64,000 nucleotides of DNA. Source: Fibrobacteria bacterium (GTDB taxonomy: Bacteria; Fibrobacterota; Fibrobacteria; UBA11236; JADFYW01). The stretch covers positions 18,335 to 82,334 of the forward strand of contig JBNKOC010000021.1 in the NCBI GenBank assembly GCA_050294405.1. The letters are read 5' to 3'. Shown piece after piece: positions 1 through 9,702 of this stretch; the stretch's first letter is position 1, and each line of letters opens with the position of its first letter. The translations under genes and the position numbers were made by a program. The notes below the pieces were generated by a model. That model was not told where the DNA came from. It was given only the letters and a program-made list of their open reading frames with translations, and ran no database searches.

Positions 1-1
1 A

Positions 2-430
2 TACCTGCCCGTTGCCCGCAAACCAAAAATCAAAAAAATAAAACCGGATAAGTCTGCGCATCGAATAACCAAAGCTAATATTTTATTTGTGGACGATGAG
101 GAAATGCTGGCCACTTCTGTGCAGCTAATTCTCAGCAGTTTTGGGTTTAAAGTATTTACCGCCAAAAGCGGGTTAGAAGCCATTCAATTTTATTCTGAGA
201 ACTCCAAGAGCATTGACCTGGTCCTGTTGGATATGAACATGCCTAAAATGGATGGCAGAGAAACTCTTTTGGAGTTAAAAAAAATCAGACCCGATATCAA
301 GGCCTTAATGTTATCCGGCTACAGCCAGGACCAGGCTGCAGCTGAGGAAGAATTGGGTATACGGGGTTTTATCCAAAAACCTTTTACTGAAGATGATCTG
401 ACTGAAAAAATTGCGAAGATCCTGGGATAA
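2..430 (+). CDS. C-terminal receiver domain of a hybrid sensor histidine kinase (5' truncated by window edge)
   Basis: Frame is open from base 2 (YLPVARKPK...NILFVDDEE). YLP is typical of an HATPase end. REC motifs VDDE, LLDMNMP and KPF are present. Confidence 0.8.
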   Translation, partial: YLPVARKPKIKKIKPDKSAHRITKANILFVDDEEMLATSVQLILSSFGFKVFTAKSGLEAIQFYSENSKSIDLVLLDMNMPKMDGRETLLELKKIRPDIKALMLSGYSQDQAAAEEELGIRGFIQKPFTEDDLTEKIAKILG

Positions 431-881
431 TGTATCCCCTGACCGGGGTTTATTAAGGTCCAATAACAGCTATCCAAAGCACCCTTTCTCAAAAATCAGA
501 TGGTAATTGAAAACCTAAACTTGAACCCTACCCATCAATGCTTTTTCAAATGGGTGTTTTGAACTCCCCTATTTTTCTGGGGTTCACCCATCGGTAGTCA
601 CTCTGAAAATCTATTTGGAACTGTCATTGATATTTGGATTCAAAATGCAAAATTATTTGGCTGAATTCTTCAACCGTACACAACATTTATCTACTCTAGA
701 TAAACTTTTCCGAGTTCCGTCTATTAATAGCTGGTCTTAATCAAATGCTGAGAATTCAGGCATTCAGTGCTCAGGACGGGAGAAAACATTTAACGAAGGG
801 CATTTGAGCTGATATACTTACATCCACGCGCTCATAAAGCTCAACCGGCCTAAGATAAAGGGTTTTCCCCGACCGGAGTTT

Positions 882-1841
882 TTATGGCCGAATTTTCTTA
901 CTGGGATTGCTTCCCAAAATATGGACGTTTTTCCAGAAGTTAATTATATCCGTGATGCCCTCAGCTTTAAGCAAAACCACAATTTGATTAAGGCTTTTAT
1001 TTAAAGCCTCTACTTTTTCAAATAAATCCCTTTTATATATAACATCGTGAATGTAGTTATCCCCCTCACTAACCTTAAGCACCAAATCCATAGATTGGCT
1101 GGTTAAGGTATCCACATCATTAAGGGCCGCATCCACCAAGTTCAAATAGCCGGAGGTTTTTTCTGTCCAATCTCCTAAAGCTTCCTGGGAAGTACCCACT
1201 AATTCCCTTAAGGTTGTGGTTAATTCATTGGCCTGTTGAACCTTATCCGTAACATACTTTTCCAGGGCCAGGGCATTAGCCATATTTTGACGGTAAGCGG
1301 CTAAAATGGGCATAAGAGTTTCCTCAAAAATAGCTTGAATGCTGCGCACATCTTCTCCGCCTTCTTTGAGCTGGGTTACTACTTGCTGGTATTTTAACAC
1401 CATTTCCAAAACCTGATTAGTTTTATGGAGCATTTCAGCGATGCCCTCTTCAAACACCCCATTTTGAATTTCGGAAAAATCCATGTTTACATCGCTTTCT
1501 CCCCGGTAAACGAAAACCATGCGAGAGCCCATTAAGGAATGGTTGAAATTGATAATTTTCGAGTCTTCGGGAAGTTCAATACGTTTATAAAATTCCAAAC
1601 TAACCAGAGCCGCATCTTCGGAATATTTGATTTTGGCCACCCGGCCAATTTCCACTCCATCCATAGCCACTGGCTCCTGTAAAATCAAGGTGCCCACATT
1701 TTCAAATCGAACCGTTAAAAGATGGGGCCCTTTTAAAATATCCCGGAGCATAATAAAGCTAATGGCCATACAGAGCACCAAAACCCCAAAGGAAACAAAA
1801 AAGCCGATTTTGCGGTATTTATTGATTTGTGGATCTTCCAT
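882..1841 (-). CDS. MlaD/MCE family protein
   Basis: N-terminal TM, MCE-like segment (VRFENVGTL...PVAMDGVEIGRV), long helical C-terminus. Confidence 0.8.
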   Translation of the reverse strand: MEDPQINKYRKIGFFVSFGVLVLCMAISFIMLRDILKGPHLLTVRFENVGTLILQEPVAMDGVEIGRVAKIKYSEDAALVSLEFYKRIELPEDSKIINFNHSLMGSRMVFVYRGESDVNMDFSEIQNGVFEEGIAEMLHKTNQVLEMVLKYQQVVTQLKEGGEDVRSIQAIFEETLMPILAAYRQNMANALALEKYVTDKVQQANELTTTLRELVGTSQEALGDWTEKTSGYLNLVDAALNDVDTLTSQSMDLVLKVSEGDNYIHDVIYKRDLFEKVEALNKSLNQIVVLLKAEGITDIINFWKNVHILGSNPSKKIRP

Positions 1842-1919
1842 CTCTCTAAAGTAGAATTGTATGCTTTAAATACAATAAACTGTGTCTATTAACCTGATTT
1901 TCAAATTTTTCGACGGCAA

Positions 1920-2669
1920 ATGAAAGCTATTTTCCTTTTTGTTCTGGGAGCGAGCCTTTTTTTTAGCTCTTGCGTACCCATTGGAGTTGGTCCTACGCCT
2001 CGCACCCTGCGCAAAAATCCAGAAATAGCCAAAAAAGATTATCGCCAGGTATTCCCGGATTCACTGCTGCCCCAACAAAAATTAATTGAGTTCCCTTATC
2101 GCCAGGTGGAAGAGATTCGATTATCCTGGAAAGTAGTGGCGGGTCTTAAATTAAGCTCCCAAGAGATTCGCAAGTGGAGAGGAATGATTTTAAAAAACGT
2201 GGAAAATTATTGGTTGTATAGGCATCCCAACAGAAGCATCCCCCGATTGGCTTTGGAAAACTTAAGCGTTAAAGACGCCCAAATTCTACTAAGTGAAGGA
2301 TACCCCCTGTTGCTCTATTCGGCCTATGACATCAAACACCGGGCTCGCTCTTTTACCTTTGAGGGTTTTGACATTTGCGTGGGCTACCAGGGCCTTACAG
2401 GAAAAAAAGACAAGAGGGTCAGTTTCAAATTAAACAGCGGCCTTAGAGGCTATATTGACTCGGAAGCGATGTTAACAGGGACCTTGCTGGATATCCCCAA
2501 GTTAAAAAACAGCAAAGTGCAGGTTTTACAGGTGATATTACTGATTCCTCCTGAAAAAAATCTGGAGCATGTATACCAAATTTTGCGCAACAAATATCAG
2601 GAACTGGGAGTTTGGACCTACAGCCTGCCTGTATTGGAAGAAGCCGAGTCCATCGGCTCCATCCGTTAG
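1920..2669 (+). CDS. hypothetical lipoprotein
   Basis: 249-aa ORF with signal peptide ending LFFSSC. Confidence 0.6.
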   Translation: MKAIFLFVLGASLFFSSCVPIGVGPTPRTLRKNPEIAKKDYRQVFPDSLLPQQKLIEFPYRQVEEIRLSWKVVAGLKLSSQEIRKWRGMILKNVENYWLYRHPNRSIPRLALENLSVKDAQILLSEGYPLLLYSAYDIKHRARSFTFEGFDICVGYQGLTGKKDKRVSFKLNSGLRGYIDSEAMLTGTLLDIPKLKNSKVQVLQVILLIPPEKNLEHVYQILRNKYQELGVWTYSLPVLEEAESIGSIR

Positions 2670-2687
2670 CACTTCATAATAGTGCCC

Positions 2688-4337
2688 TTAAGGGCTTTTT
2701 TGATTCAGATAACTTAACATGGCCCAGGTGGGAGTTTTTCCTCTTAAACTCAAACGCCATTCATCCAGCTGACCTGTGAAAAAGCGCGAAGGAGATCCTT
2801 CCCACAGGCCATAACCCATGTATATTTGGCCTAAATTTTCTTTTGTACGGGACCATTCCAAAGCGCCCGTGGTTACCTGCTCGCCATTGAGAAAAACAGC
2901 ATAACTGCTATCAGTCACATTCACCTGGAGATGTTGCCATTGCCCTGCTTCCAGACTTACATCTATCAGTTCGTCCTTTACAATTTCTGTCATGTATAGT
3001 TTTCCCTGTTCAATGCCCCATTCCAAAATTTCATAGCTGCCCAGCCAATTTGTCATGGAAAAAAGGGCTTGTTTATTAGTAACATCAAGTGGCTTAAACC
3101 ACATGCTGAAGGACCAGGTCATCTGGTACCTTATTTTTTCCACAATATGGTGTTCGCTTAAATTTGGATAAATAAGGCTGCTTAAGTTAAGGGATTTTCC
3201 AACCATGCCTTCTGTGGTAAAAATACCGGCATCCTCGAATAAATATGGGAAGCTGCTTCTTTCCCAAAAATCCCAGGGAAGAAGAGAAAATATATCCAAA
3301 TCTTTATCCCCGTGCACAACAGCCAAATAACCAGTTTCATAATTAAATACCTGGCCAAAGTTGTTTTGGAAATAGCTGCTATCCTTGGACCAACCGATTT
3401 TAAGATTGGGGGACTCGGCATTCAGATCCAGGTTTTTCAAATTAACATAAAGCTCCGCTTTTTGTTTTTCCAAATCCCAGCTCACAATGCTGTGAGGCAA
3501 AACTTTTCCATTTTCATCTACCACATAAAGCCCAGATTTCTGAAGCGTATCCTTTTCAAAGGGAAAGTTGGAGGCATCCAATCGAAGTAAATAGGGAAAA
3601 TCGTTTAAGCTTTCTCCCGTCACGCCGTATTTTTGCAGCGGGTAATCAACAGGATTGTTAGGAACCAGCAGAGGGATGTCTGTAACATGGTTTTCACCCT
3701 CTGTTATCACCACGCTATCGGCAAGGGCTTCAACTTTGCCGGGATCAATTGAAGATTCATATTCCAGACCGTGTAAAATACCTGTGGGCAAATTCTCCAG
3801 CAGAAAGTCTTGGGTAGCTGTGCGGTGGCCTTCCCAGTTTCCGTAAAAGGGCGAGCCCCTAAAGTATATTTTGCCAGGGTCCCTATATTGGAGGCTTTCA
3901 ATTGGAATACGAATTGTGCCGGAAGGCCTTAATATTCCTTTAAGAGCTGTTTGGTACTGAAAAGGCTGAATATCCACCGTTCCCAAATAGCCACTTAAAT
4001 CACTCTCCAAAGATTTGGCAAATATATTATAACGTCCATTGGGCAAACTGGCCCAACTGAACTTGCCATTTACATCGCTTTCCACCTGCAGTCCAGCTTC
4101 CAGTTCTGCATCCGGCCCAGGTTTATAATCTTCAGGTACCGCCAGCACGGAAACTTTTCCTAAAACCGTACCCTGCGGGTCTGTTACGGATCCCGAAAGA
4201 ACCGTATCATCCCCAGTGTGGCTTCCGCCCCCAGCCACCTGCCCCCCATCCACGGGCAAATATTCACATCCTGAAAAAAGTACCAGCCAAAAGCTGATAA
4301 AAAGGCGGGCACCCCCTATATATGACCGCCTAAGCAT
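2688..4337 (-). CDS. lipoprotein with carboxypeptidase-regulatory-like, DUF2341 and LamG/concanavalin-like domains
   Basis: Lipobox LFSGC; LSGSVTDPQG..GRYNIFA; DFPYLLRLD...LPHSIVSWD (DUF2341-like); WQHLQV...VFLNGE...FTGQLDEWRLS (LamG). Confidence 0.7.
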   Translation of the reverse strand: MLRRSYIGGARLFISFWLVLFSGCEYLPVDGGQVAGGGSHTGDDTVLSGSVTDPQGTVLGKVSVLAVPEDYKPGPDAELEAGLQVESDVNGKFSWASLPNGRYNIFAKSLESDLSGYLGTVDIQPFQYQTALKGILRPSGTIRIPIESLQYRDPGKIYFRGSPFYGNWEGHRTATQDFLLENLPTGILHGLEYESSIDPGKVEALADSVVITEGENHVTDIPLLVPNNPVDYPLQKYGVTGESLNDFPYLLRLDASNFPFEKDTLQKSGLYVVDENGKVLPHSIVSWDLEKQKAELYVNLKNLDLNAESPNLKIGWSKDSSYFQNNFGQVFNYETGYLAVVHGDKDLDIFSLLPWDFWERSSFPYLFEDAGIFTTEGMVGKSLNLSSLIYPNLSEHHIVEKIRYQMTWSFSMWFKPLDVTNKQALFSMTNWLGSYEILEWGIEQGKLYMTEIVKDELIDVSLEAGQWQHLQVNVTDSSYAVFLNGEQVTTGALEWSRTKENLGQIYMGYGLWEGSPSRFFTGQLDEWRLSLRGKTPTWAMLSYLNQKSP

Positions 4338-5241
4338 TTATAATTCCCTCCCCTGTTTTATGTCCTACTGGAAAGACCTGTAAGTTGAGTTGGTATACTC
4401 TATCTGGCTTCTCGCACATTTTGGCAGAATCCAAACACTCCATTTCCAGCCCTTTAAATTTTTCTAAAAGTTCCTGAATGATTTCTTCATTTATACTTAA
4501 AGTTAAGGTGGAAAAGCGTTTTGGCGCTTCCCATTTTTTATTTAATGCATCTCGGGCCAAGTCCAAGGTCTCAGCCTGGTAACTTTTAATAGCCACACCC
4601 TTCCAGCCCTCACCTGTACTAATCACTGCTTCTGTTTTTTCATAGAAGCCCTCAGAGTTTTTGCGGATTAACTCCAATTGCTCCAAAACCTCAATGGCTT
4701 TTTTAGCTTCACCGGGTTTAATGGCTGGAACCACGCAACGGGCGAGGTAATCGTAATCATCCCTAAACTCCAGGCAATCTAAAAGCTGAAGCACCGCCGA
4801 GTAATACCACTTGGAATAAAATTCATATTTATCGGGATCGATAAGTTTAACCTGCGTTCTTCTGATACGGGCGATTCTGTCCAGGTAGAATTTTTTTTCA
4901 GGTATGCTGCTGGACTTTTCAAACTGAACCAACAACTCAAAATATTCTTTCTCTTTTTTATTCAACTGAAGGAGTTCAGAAAACCGCTCCTGCAATTTGG
5001 GAGAAATCATTTTTTTGCCGGATAAAATTTTTCCGAAAAAACTGGGATCGCAATTTAGGCGGCGGGCAATCATGCGTTTGGAATATTTACTGCCCGCAGA
5101 TTTTTTATACTTCATCCAGGTTCTTAAAAACTCAGGATAAGATTGAAAATTAAAAATCGGGCCGATACTATCCCGATAATCGTCTTGTTTTTGGCCCTGG
5201 AGAATTTGGTAGCTAACTACCGAGGATTTGGTGGTCCACAT
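4330..5241 (-). CDS. TIGR02147 family protein (N-terminal HTH, DUF4423-like C-terminus); start uncertain
   Basis: IFNFQSYPEFL, YEFYSKWYYSAV and RVYQLNLQVFP match the Fibrobacter/Bdellovibrio paralogous family pattern. Confidence 0.85.
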   Translation of the reverse strand: MWTTKSSVVSYQILQGQKQDDYRDSIGPIFNFQSYPEFLRTWMKYKKSAGSKYSKRMIARRLNCDPSFFGKILSGKKMISPKLQERFSELLQLNKKEKEYFELLVQFEKSSSIPEKKFYLDRIARIRRTQVKLIDPDKYEFYSKWYYSAVLQLLDCLEFRDDYDYLARCVVPAIKPGEAKKAIEVLEQLELIRKNSEGFYEKTEAVISTGEGWKGVAIKSYQAETLDLARDALNKKWEAPKRFSTLTLSINEEIIQELLEKFKGLEMECLDSAKMCEKPDRVYQLNLQVFPVGHKTGEGIINA

Positions 5242-5480
5242 TTTAACTTAAAAACCCCCTTAAAAAAACCCTAAACCCTAATTTTATCAAGTCAAAAACT
5301 AGCAAAAATATGGGGTAGGTCCATAAATATCCTGAGAAAGCATTCACCGGTTAGAGTACGTTTGAGACTTGGTTCCTGAAAATTCTAAAAAAATTATAGA
5401 GCTAAAACTCTAACTTCTAAAAGTTGTGACTTAAGAGACTTACCGTATTTAACTTAAAATTAAGACTAAACCCGCTTTTT

Positions 5481-5556
5481 TGTGATCTCTCTCACAAAGG
5501 GAGAAAAAAGAGGTGATGGCGCTCACAAATTTCGGGCAAATGTGATGGATATCATA
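5481..5556. promoter_or_regulatory. three tandem CRP-family binding boxes
   Basis: TGTGA-tctctc-TCACA (5481-5496, perfect), GGTGA-tggcgc-TCACA (5512-5527), TGTGA-tggata-TCATA (5541-5556). Confidence 0.7.
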
Positions 5557-5613
5557 AAGTTTTTCCGGCTTTTGTGCGATATTAGATGTATAGACCTGAC
5601 CACGGAGGATAAC

Positions 5614-5769
5614 ATGGGACTCTTAACATTAGACAAAATCAACGAAATCCAAAACGCCAGAAGAAACCAGGAAAAATCGGAAGAAAACAAATATGTGGAT
5701 GTGCCCATGTTGCGGGATATTAAATTCAGAACTCCCAAATACAACAATATTATGATTCGGTATCGTTAA
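5614..5769 (+). CDS. small hypothetical protein (51 aa)
   Basis: GGAGG at 5604-5608 before ATG 5614; MGLLTLDKINEIQNARRNQEKSEENKYVDVPMLRDIKFRTPKYNNIMIRYR; downstream hairpin. Confidence 0.65.
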   Translation: MGLLTLDKINEIQNARRNQEKSEENKYVDVPMLRDIKFRTPKYNNIMIRYR

Positions 5770-5802
5770 CATTCTTCACAATAGAATAACCGTTCAAGCG
5801 CC

Positions 5803-5841
5803 GTTCTCCCTTCCCGCTGCATCCACGCTGGAAGGGAGAAC
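5803..5841 (+). terminator. 12-bp stem-loop downstream of the small ORF (no U-tract)
   Basis: GTTCTCCCTTCC ... GGAAGGGAGAAC. Confidence 0.45.
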
Positions 5842-5984
5842 CCCCCGTTAACATAGGCCTAAAAAAGGCTGTCAAGAAAAGAATATTAAAAATAGGGCCT
5901 TATATACTTTTACAGCGGGGATGACCTTAAAAAAACCACAGATTGTCACATTTGTGTAAAATTCTTCCAAAGCGCCTATTTAAA

Positions 5985-6013
5985 TTGAACATATTGCATT
6001 TTTACCGTATAAT
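5985..6013 (+). promoter_or_regulatory. sigma-70 promoter
   Basis: TTGAAC-17 nt-TATAAT just upstream of ORF 6037. Confidence 0.6.
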
Positions 6014-6036
6014 ATTTTCATAGCTTTGTTAAAACC

Positions 6037-6627
6037 ATGCATATGGCCAATACCCATCAAATAGTTCAGTGTCTGCAATGCGCACGTTACAAATCTTCCC
6101 TTGGGCAGTGGTTTGAAAACAATTTAAGCCCAAAAGATGTGGAAATAAGCCATACCTATTGCCCCGATTGTATTTCCATTTTGCAGGAAAGGCTTATTGC
6201 CTCCAGGGATTTTGGAAAATGGCCTTTTGAACGGCAAGTGGATTATTTGAAAGACGATATCCTCAATCAGGATAAAAAATTCGACCGGGTCGCCCTAAAA
6301 AATTATCTGGAAGAGTTTTTTTGTCTGGACATGGAAAAGTTTGAAGATTTGTACGAAGCCTTAAAGCCCTTTTTGGCTAATGCCGTTTGCCCTCGTTGCC
6401 ATCAGGAAGTGGATATTCTGGAAAACCACAGTACTTTCGGGCACCATGTGCTGCATCCCAAATGCCACAAAGAAATTCAGAACAAAATCAAAATCATTGA
6501 AGACAACAATTGGGACAAGTCCGATAAATTTTCCGCTTATTTGGATTTGTTAAAAATTGAAAAGGCCCTTCGGCCCACCATCAAAGATTTCCTAAAAAAA
6601 AAAACAGCTGAAAACCCACTGGTTTAA
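6037..6627 (+). CDS. hypothetical Cys/His-rich putative zinc-binding protein
   Basis: CLQC...SHTYCPDC and CPRC...HPKC motifs. Confidence 0.65.
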   Translation: MHMANTHQIVQCLQCARYKSSLGQWFENNLSPKDVEISHTYCPDCISILQERLIASRDFGKWPFERQVDYLKDDILNQDKKFDRVALKNYLEEFFCLDMEKFEDLYEALKPFLANAVCPRCHQEVDILENHSTFGHHVLHPKCHKEIQNKIKIIEDNNWDKSDKFSAYLDLLKIEKALRPTIKDFLKKKTAENPLV

Positions 6628-6634
6628 AACCAGG

Positions 6635-7219
6635 CTAAAACTCTCCTTTTAAAAGAGCCTCCACCGCTCTGGTTCTGTGGCTGGTTTTTTCCTTGATTTC
6701 CATTCCCAATTCGCCAAAAGTTCGGTTATATCCTTCGGGAATAAAAAGGCTATCGTAGCCAAAACCAAGGGAGCCCTTTTCTTCAAGAGCCACCTGTCCA
6801 GGGCAAAAGCCTTCGTATTTTTTTTCCCGGCCATCGGGGTAGACAAGGGCCAACACGCAAACAAACCTGGCGTTTCTATTATTTTGCCCTTTTAGCTTAT
6901 CCAGAAGCAGATTTCGATTTTCCAAATCGCTAGCCCCAGGTCCCGCAAAACGGGCTGAATAAATACCGGGAGCTCCATTTAAAGCCTCTACCTCCAGACC
7001 GCTGTCATCGGCAAGCACAGGTAAATTGCTGTCTTTTGCAATTGCTTTGGCTTTGATAAAGGCGTTTTCCTCAAAACTTGTCCCTGTTTCTTCAATGTCT
7101 CCCTCAAATCCTATGTCTTTCAGGCTGGAAAAATTCACCCCCACCTGTCTGAAAAGTTCATCAAATTCTTTTTTCTTACCCATGTTGCCTGTAGCCAAAA
7201 TCCAATGTTGCTGCGCCAT
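6635..7219 (-). CDS. rdgB: non-canonical purine NTP pyrophosphatase (RdgB/HAM1)
   Basis: ATGNMGK, ADDSGLEV, GFGYD and SHR motifs. Confidence 0.95.
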   Translation of the reverse strand: MAQQHWILATGNMGKKKEFDELFRQVGVNFSSLKDIGFEGDIEETGTSFEENAFIKAKAIAKDSNLPVLADDSGLEVEALNGAPGIYSARFAGPGASDLENRNLLLDKLKGQNNRNARFVCVLALVYPDGREKKYEGFCPGQVALEEKGSLGFGYDSLFIPEGYNRTFGELGMEIKEKTSHRTRAVEALLKGEF

Positions 7220-7248
7220 GTTCTCCCTTTCGTTTATCGGAAGACAAT

Positions 7249-7926
7249 TTATAAAATTCTGCGGGCACCCTTGTATTTGCTTTGGTAATAGGGCTCACTG
7301 AGGCTGCTGTATATTACGCCCCGCTTAGTACTGGAGTGAATGAACTGATCTCCATGCATATAAATACCGGCATGATGTATACCGAACACCGATCCAAACA
7401 ATACAATATCCCCTTTCTTTAGGCCGCTGCGGTTCACCGCCTCCCCCATTTTTCCTAATTCTTTAGAGCTATGGGGAAGCTTTACATTGTACACCTGTTG
7501 AAATACGGTGCGTATGAAACCCGAACAATCCATTCCCTTTCTGCTCTGTCCCGCCCAACGGTAGGGTACTCCCAAATAGGAATCCGCCACTTCTTTTAAT
7601 TTTGGTTTAGCGGGCTCCCTCATTTCAGGGGCATCTAGCGGACTTTTTTGCTTAGCCAGGGCTTCTTTCTTGGCTACAATTTCTTTTTTTGGGGGATGTT
7701 CTTCCGGGGCTTTTTGAAGGGGCGCGGCTTTTTTATCTGGCGCGGGATGGAGATATCCTCCCTTAGTTCTGCTGTAATAGGGGCGCTCTTTATTCGAGGC
7801 GCAAGAGGCCAAAAATAGAATAACTAATAGGATACCCGATAGCAGGGCAAGAGCTCGGAAAACCTTAGGTGTTTTCCACCGCCGAGGCAATTTGTAACAA
7901 TTTATCTTCCTCAAAAGGCTTCCCAA
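7249..7926 (-). CDS. NlpC/P60 peptidoglycan endopeptidase lipoprotein (true start probably downstream of 7926)
   Basis: LASC lipobox; YLGVPYRWAG, DCSGF, HAGIY, FIHSS. Confidence 0.9.
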   Translation of the reverse strand: MGSLLRKINCYKLPRRWKTPKVFRALALLSGILLVILFLASCASNKERPYYSRTKGGYLHPAPDKKAAPLQKAPEEHPPKKEIVAKKEALAKQKSPLDAPEMREPAKPKLKEVADSYLGVPYRWAGQSRKGMDCSGFIRTVFQQVYNVKLPHSSKELGKMGEAVNRSGLKKGDIVLFGSVFGIHHAGIYMHGDQFIHSSTKRGVIYSSLSEPYYQSKYKGARRIL

Positions 7927-9286
7927 TGAGTTGCATATTGGTATAAAGGCTACCTACTTTGTCCAGGGGCAAAGCTATGCCGGGCAGGCCAGCCAGGTTC
8001 AGACTTACAGTATAAATATCTGCCAGATAAGCCGCCAGTGGATCTTTTTGATATTCCCCCAAACGGGCAGGCAAATGGGGCATGGTGGGAGTGACAATCA
8101 CATCACAACTTTTAAAGGCCTCGGTAAAATCATTTTTTATAAGCCGCCTTATTTTTTGAGCCTTGCTGTAATAAGCGTCGTAAAAACCCGAACTCAAAAC
8201 ATAGGTGCCCAACATAATTCTGCGCTTTACTTCCTGGCCAAAGCCTTCGCTGCGGCTTTTGGCGTAAAGCTCCTGAATGCTCTCGGCCCCTTCGGCGCGG
8301 CGGGTGTATCGCACACCATCGTAGCGGGAAAGGTTGGCGCTGGCTTCGGCTGTGGCAATGATATAATAGGCTGCCACCCCGTAATCCATATGGGGAAGGG
8401 ATATGTGCTCCACCTTGGCCCCTTTTTTTTCCAACTCAGAAATACGATTTAAAACACTGTCGCGAATTTCAGGGGAAACTCCTTCGTGGAAAGTTTCTTT
8501 GGGGATGCCTATGACCTTACCTGCAATATCTTTATTTAAGAGAGCGGTAAAATCCGGAACAGGTTGCATAGAGGAGGTTTGATCCATGGGATCTTCTCCG
8601 GCAATCACATTCAAAACCCGGGCGCAATCTTCTACGCTATGGGCCATGGGCCCGATTTGATCCAAGGATGAGGCAAAAGCAACCAGCCCATATCGCGATA
8701 CCCGGCCATAAGTAGGTTTAAGACCTACAATTCCACAGCAAGCTGCTGGTTGACGGATAGACCCACCAGTATCGGAGCCCAATGAGATGGGAACGCTGCC
8801 CGAGGCCACTGCCACCGCAGAGCCACCAGAACTTCCCCCGGCAATATGGTTTTTGTCCAATGGATTTAAAGAGGGGCCAAAGGCGCTGTTTTCAGTGGAA
8901 GAACCCATGGCAAATTCATCCAGATTTGTTTTTCCCACAATAACCGCACCGGCGGCCTTTAATTTTTTAACTACCGTGGCTTCGTAAACGGATTCAAATT
9001 TTTCCAGCATTTTAGAAGCGCAACTGGTGGGGCCCACTGTATCTACAATGTTGTCTTTTATGGCGATGGGCACTCCCAAAAGAGCTAAATCGGCCCCCTT
9101 GTTTCTAAGTTCATCGGCTTTAGCCGCCTGAGATAATGTGTATTCTTCGTCCCAATGTAAATAAGCATTCAGCTCTTTTTGTTTTTCCATTTTGGCCAGG
9201 GTTTCTTTGGCCAGGCTTTGGGCGCTAATTTCTTTGGAGTTTAATTGAGCTTGGGTAGATTTCAGAGTGGGATAGGAGGGTGTCAA
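7865..9286 (-). CDS. gatA: Asp/Glu-tRNA amidotransferase subunit A
   Basis: Amidase signature GGSSGGSA, GSDTGGSIRQPA; KRRIMLGTYVLSSGFYDAYY. Confidence 0.97.
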   Translation of the reverse strand: MTPSYPTLKSTQAQLNSKEISAQSLAKETLAKMEKQKELNAYLHWDEEYTLSQAAKADELRNKGADLALLGVPIAIKDNIVDTVGPTSCASKMLEKFESVYEATVVKKLKAAGAVIVGKTNLDEFAMGSSTENSAFGPSLNPLDKNHIAGGSSGGSAVAVASGSVPISLGSDTGGSIRQPAACCGIVGLKPTYGRVSRYGLVAFASSLDQIGPMAHSVEDCARVLNVIAGEDPMDQTSSMQPVPDFTALLNKDIAGKVIGIPKETFHEGVSPEIRDSVLNRISELEKKGAKVEHISLPHMDYGVAAYYIIATAEASANLSRYDGVRYTRRAEGAESIQELYAKSRSEGFGQEVKRRIMLGTYVLSSGFYDAYYSKAQKIRRLIKNDFTEAFKSCDVIVTPTMPHLPARLGEYQKDPLAAYLADIYTVSLNLAGLPGIALPLDKVGSLYTNMQLIGKPFEEDKLLQIASAVENT

Positions 9287-9303
9287 AGCAGCTTGTTCCT
9301 TTT

Positions 9304-9627
9304 TTATTTAGACCATTTCATAATATATAAACTGGCTAATAATCCCAAAACACTGCAGGTATTCAATTTAATGGCAAACCCCAGGGGAATTTTCACCAGG
9401 TATAAATCTAATACATCGCAGGCATAAGCCCCATTACTTTCATGAATTCCAAAACCCAATTCAAAGCTTTTTACAAAAAAGTTACGCACCGGGTTATCGA
9501 TTCCACCGCCGCTAATCACCCCTATTTGGCCTAAAACATGGCCTAAAACTTCCCCTAAAATTCCCCCCAGCACCAGGCCGAGTAGAATAAATATGACCAA
9601 TCTTACGTTTGTGCTTTCTCTGTGCAT
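9304..9627 (-). CDS. DUF4321-like small membrane protein
   Basis: ILLGLVLGGILGE...LDLYLVKIPLGFAIKLN pattern. Confidence 0.7.
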   Translation of the reverse strand: MHRESTNVRLVIFILLGLVLGGILGEVLGHVLGQIGVISGGGIDNPVRNFFVKSFELGFGIHESNGAYACDVLDLYLVKIPLGFAIKLNTCSVLGLLASLYIMKWSK

Positions 9628-9702
9628 AAATCAAATCCCCTGCTGTCTGCTTTTACCTGTTTTTATCCCAATGTAGCTTAACCTCAATCATCAGGGTTAA
9701 GT

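Noticed and set aside
5482..5613. N-terminal extension of the 95-aa ORF-track call
   Set aside because: It overlaps the three CRP-type boxes, and the only good RBS precedes ATG 5614
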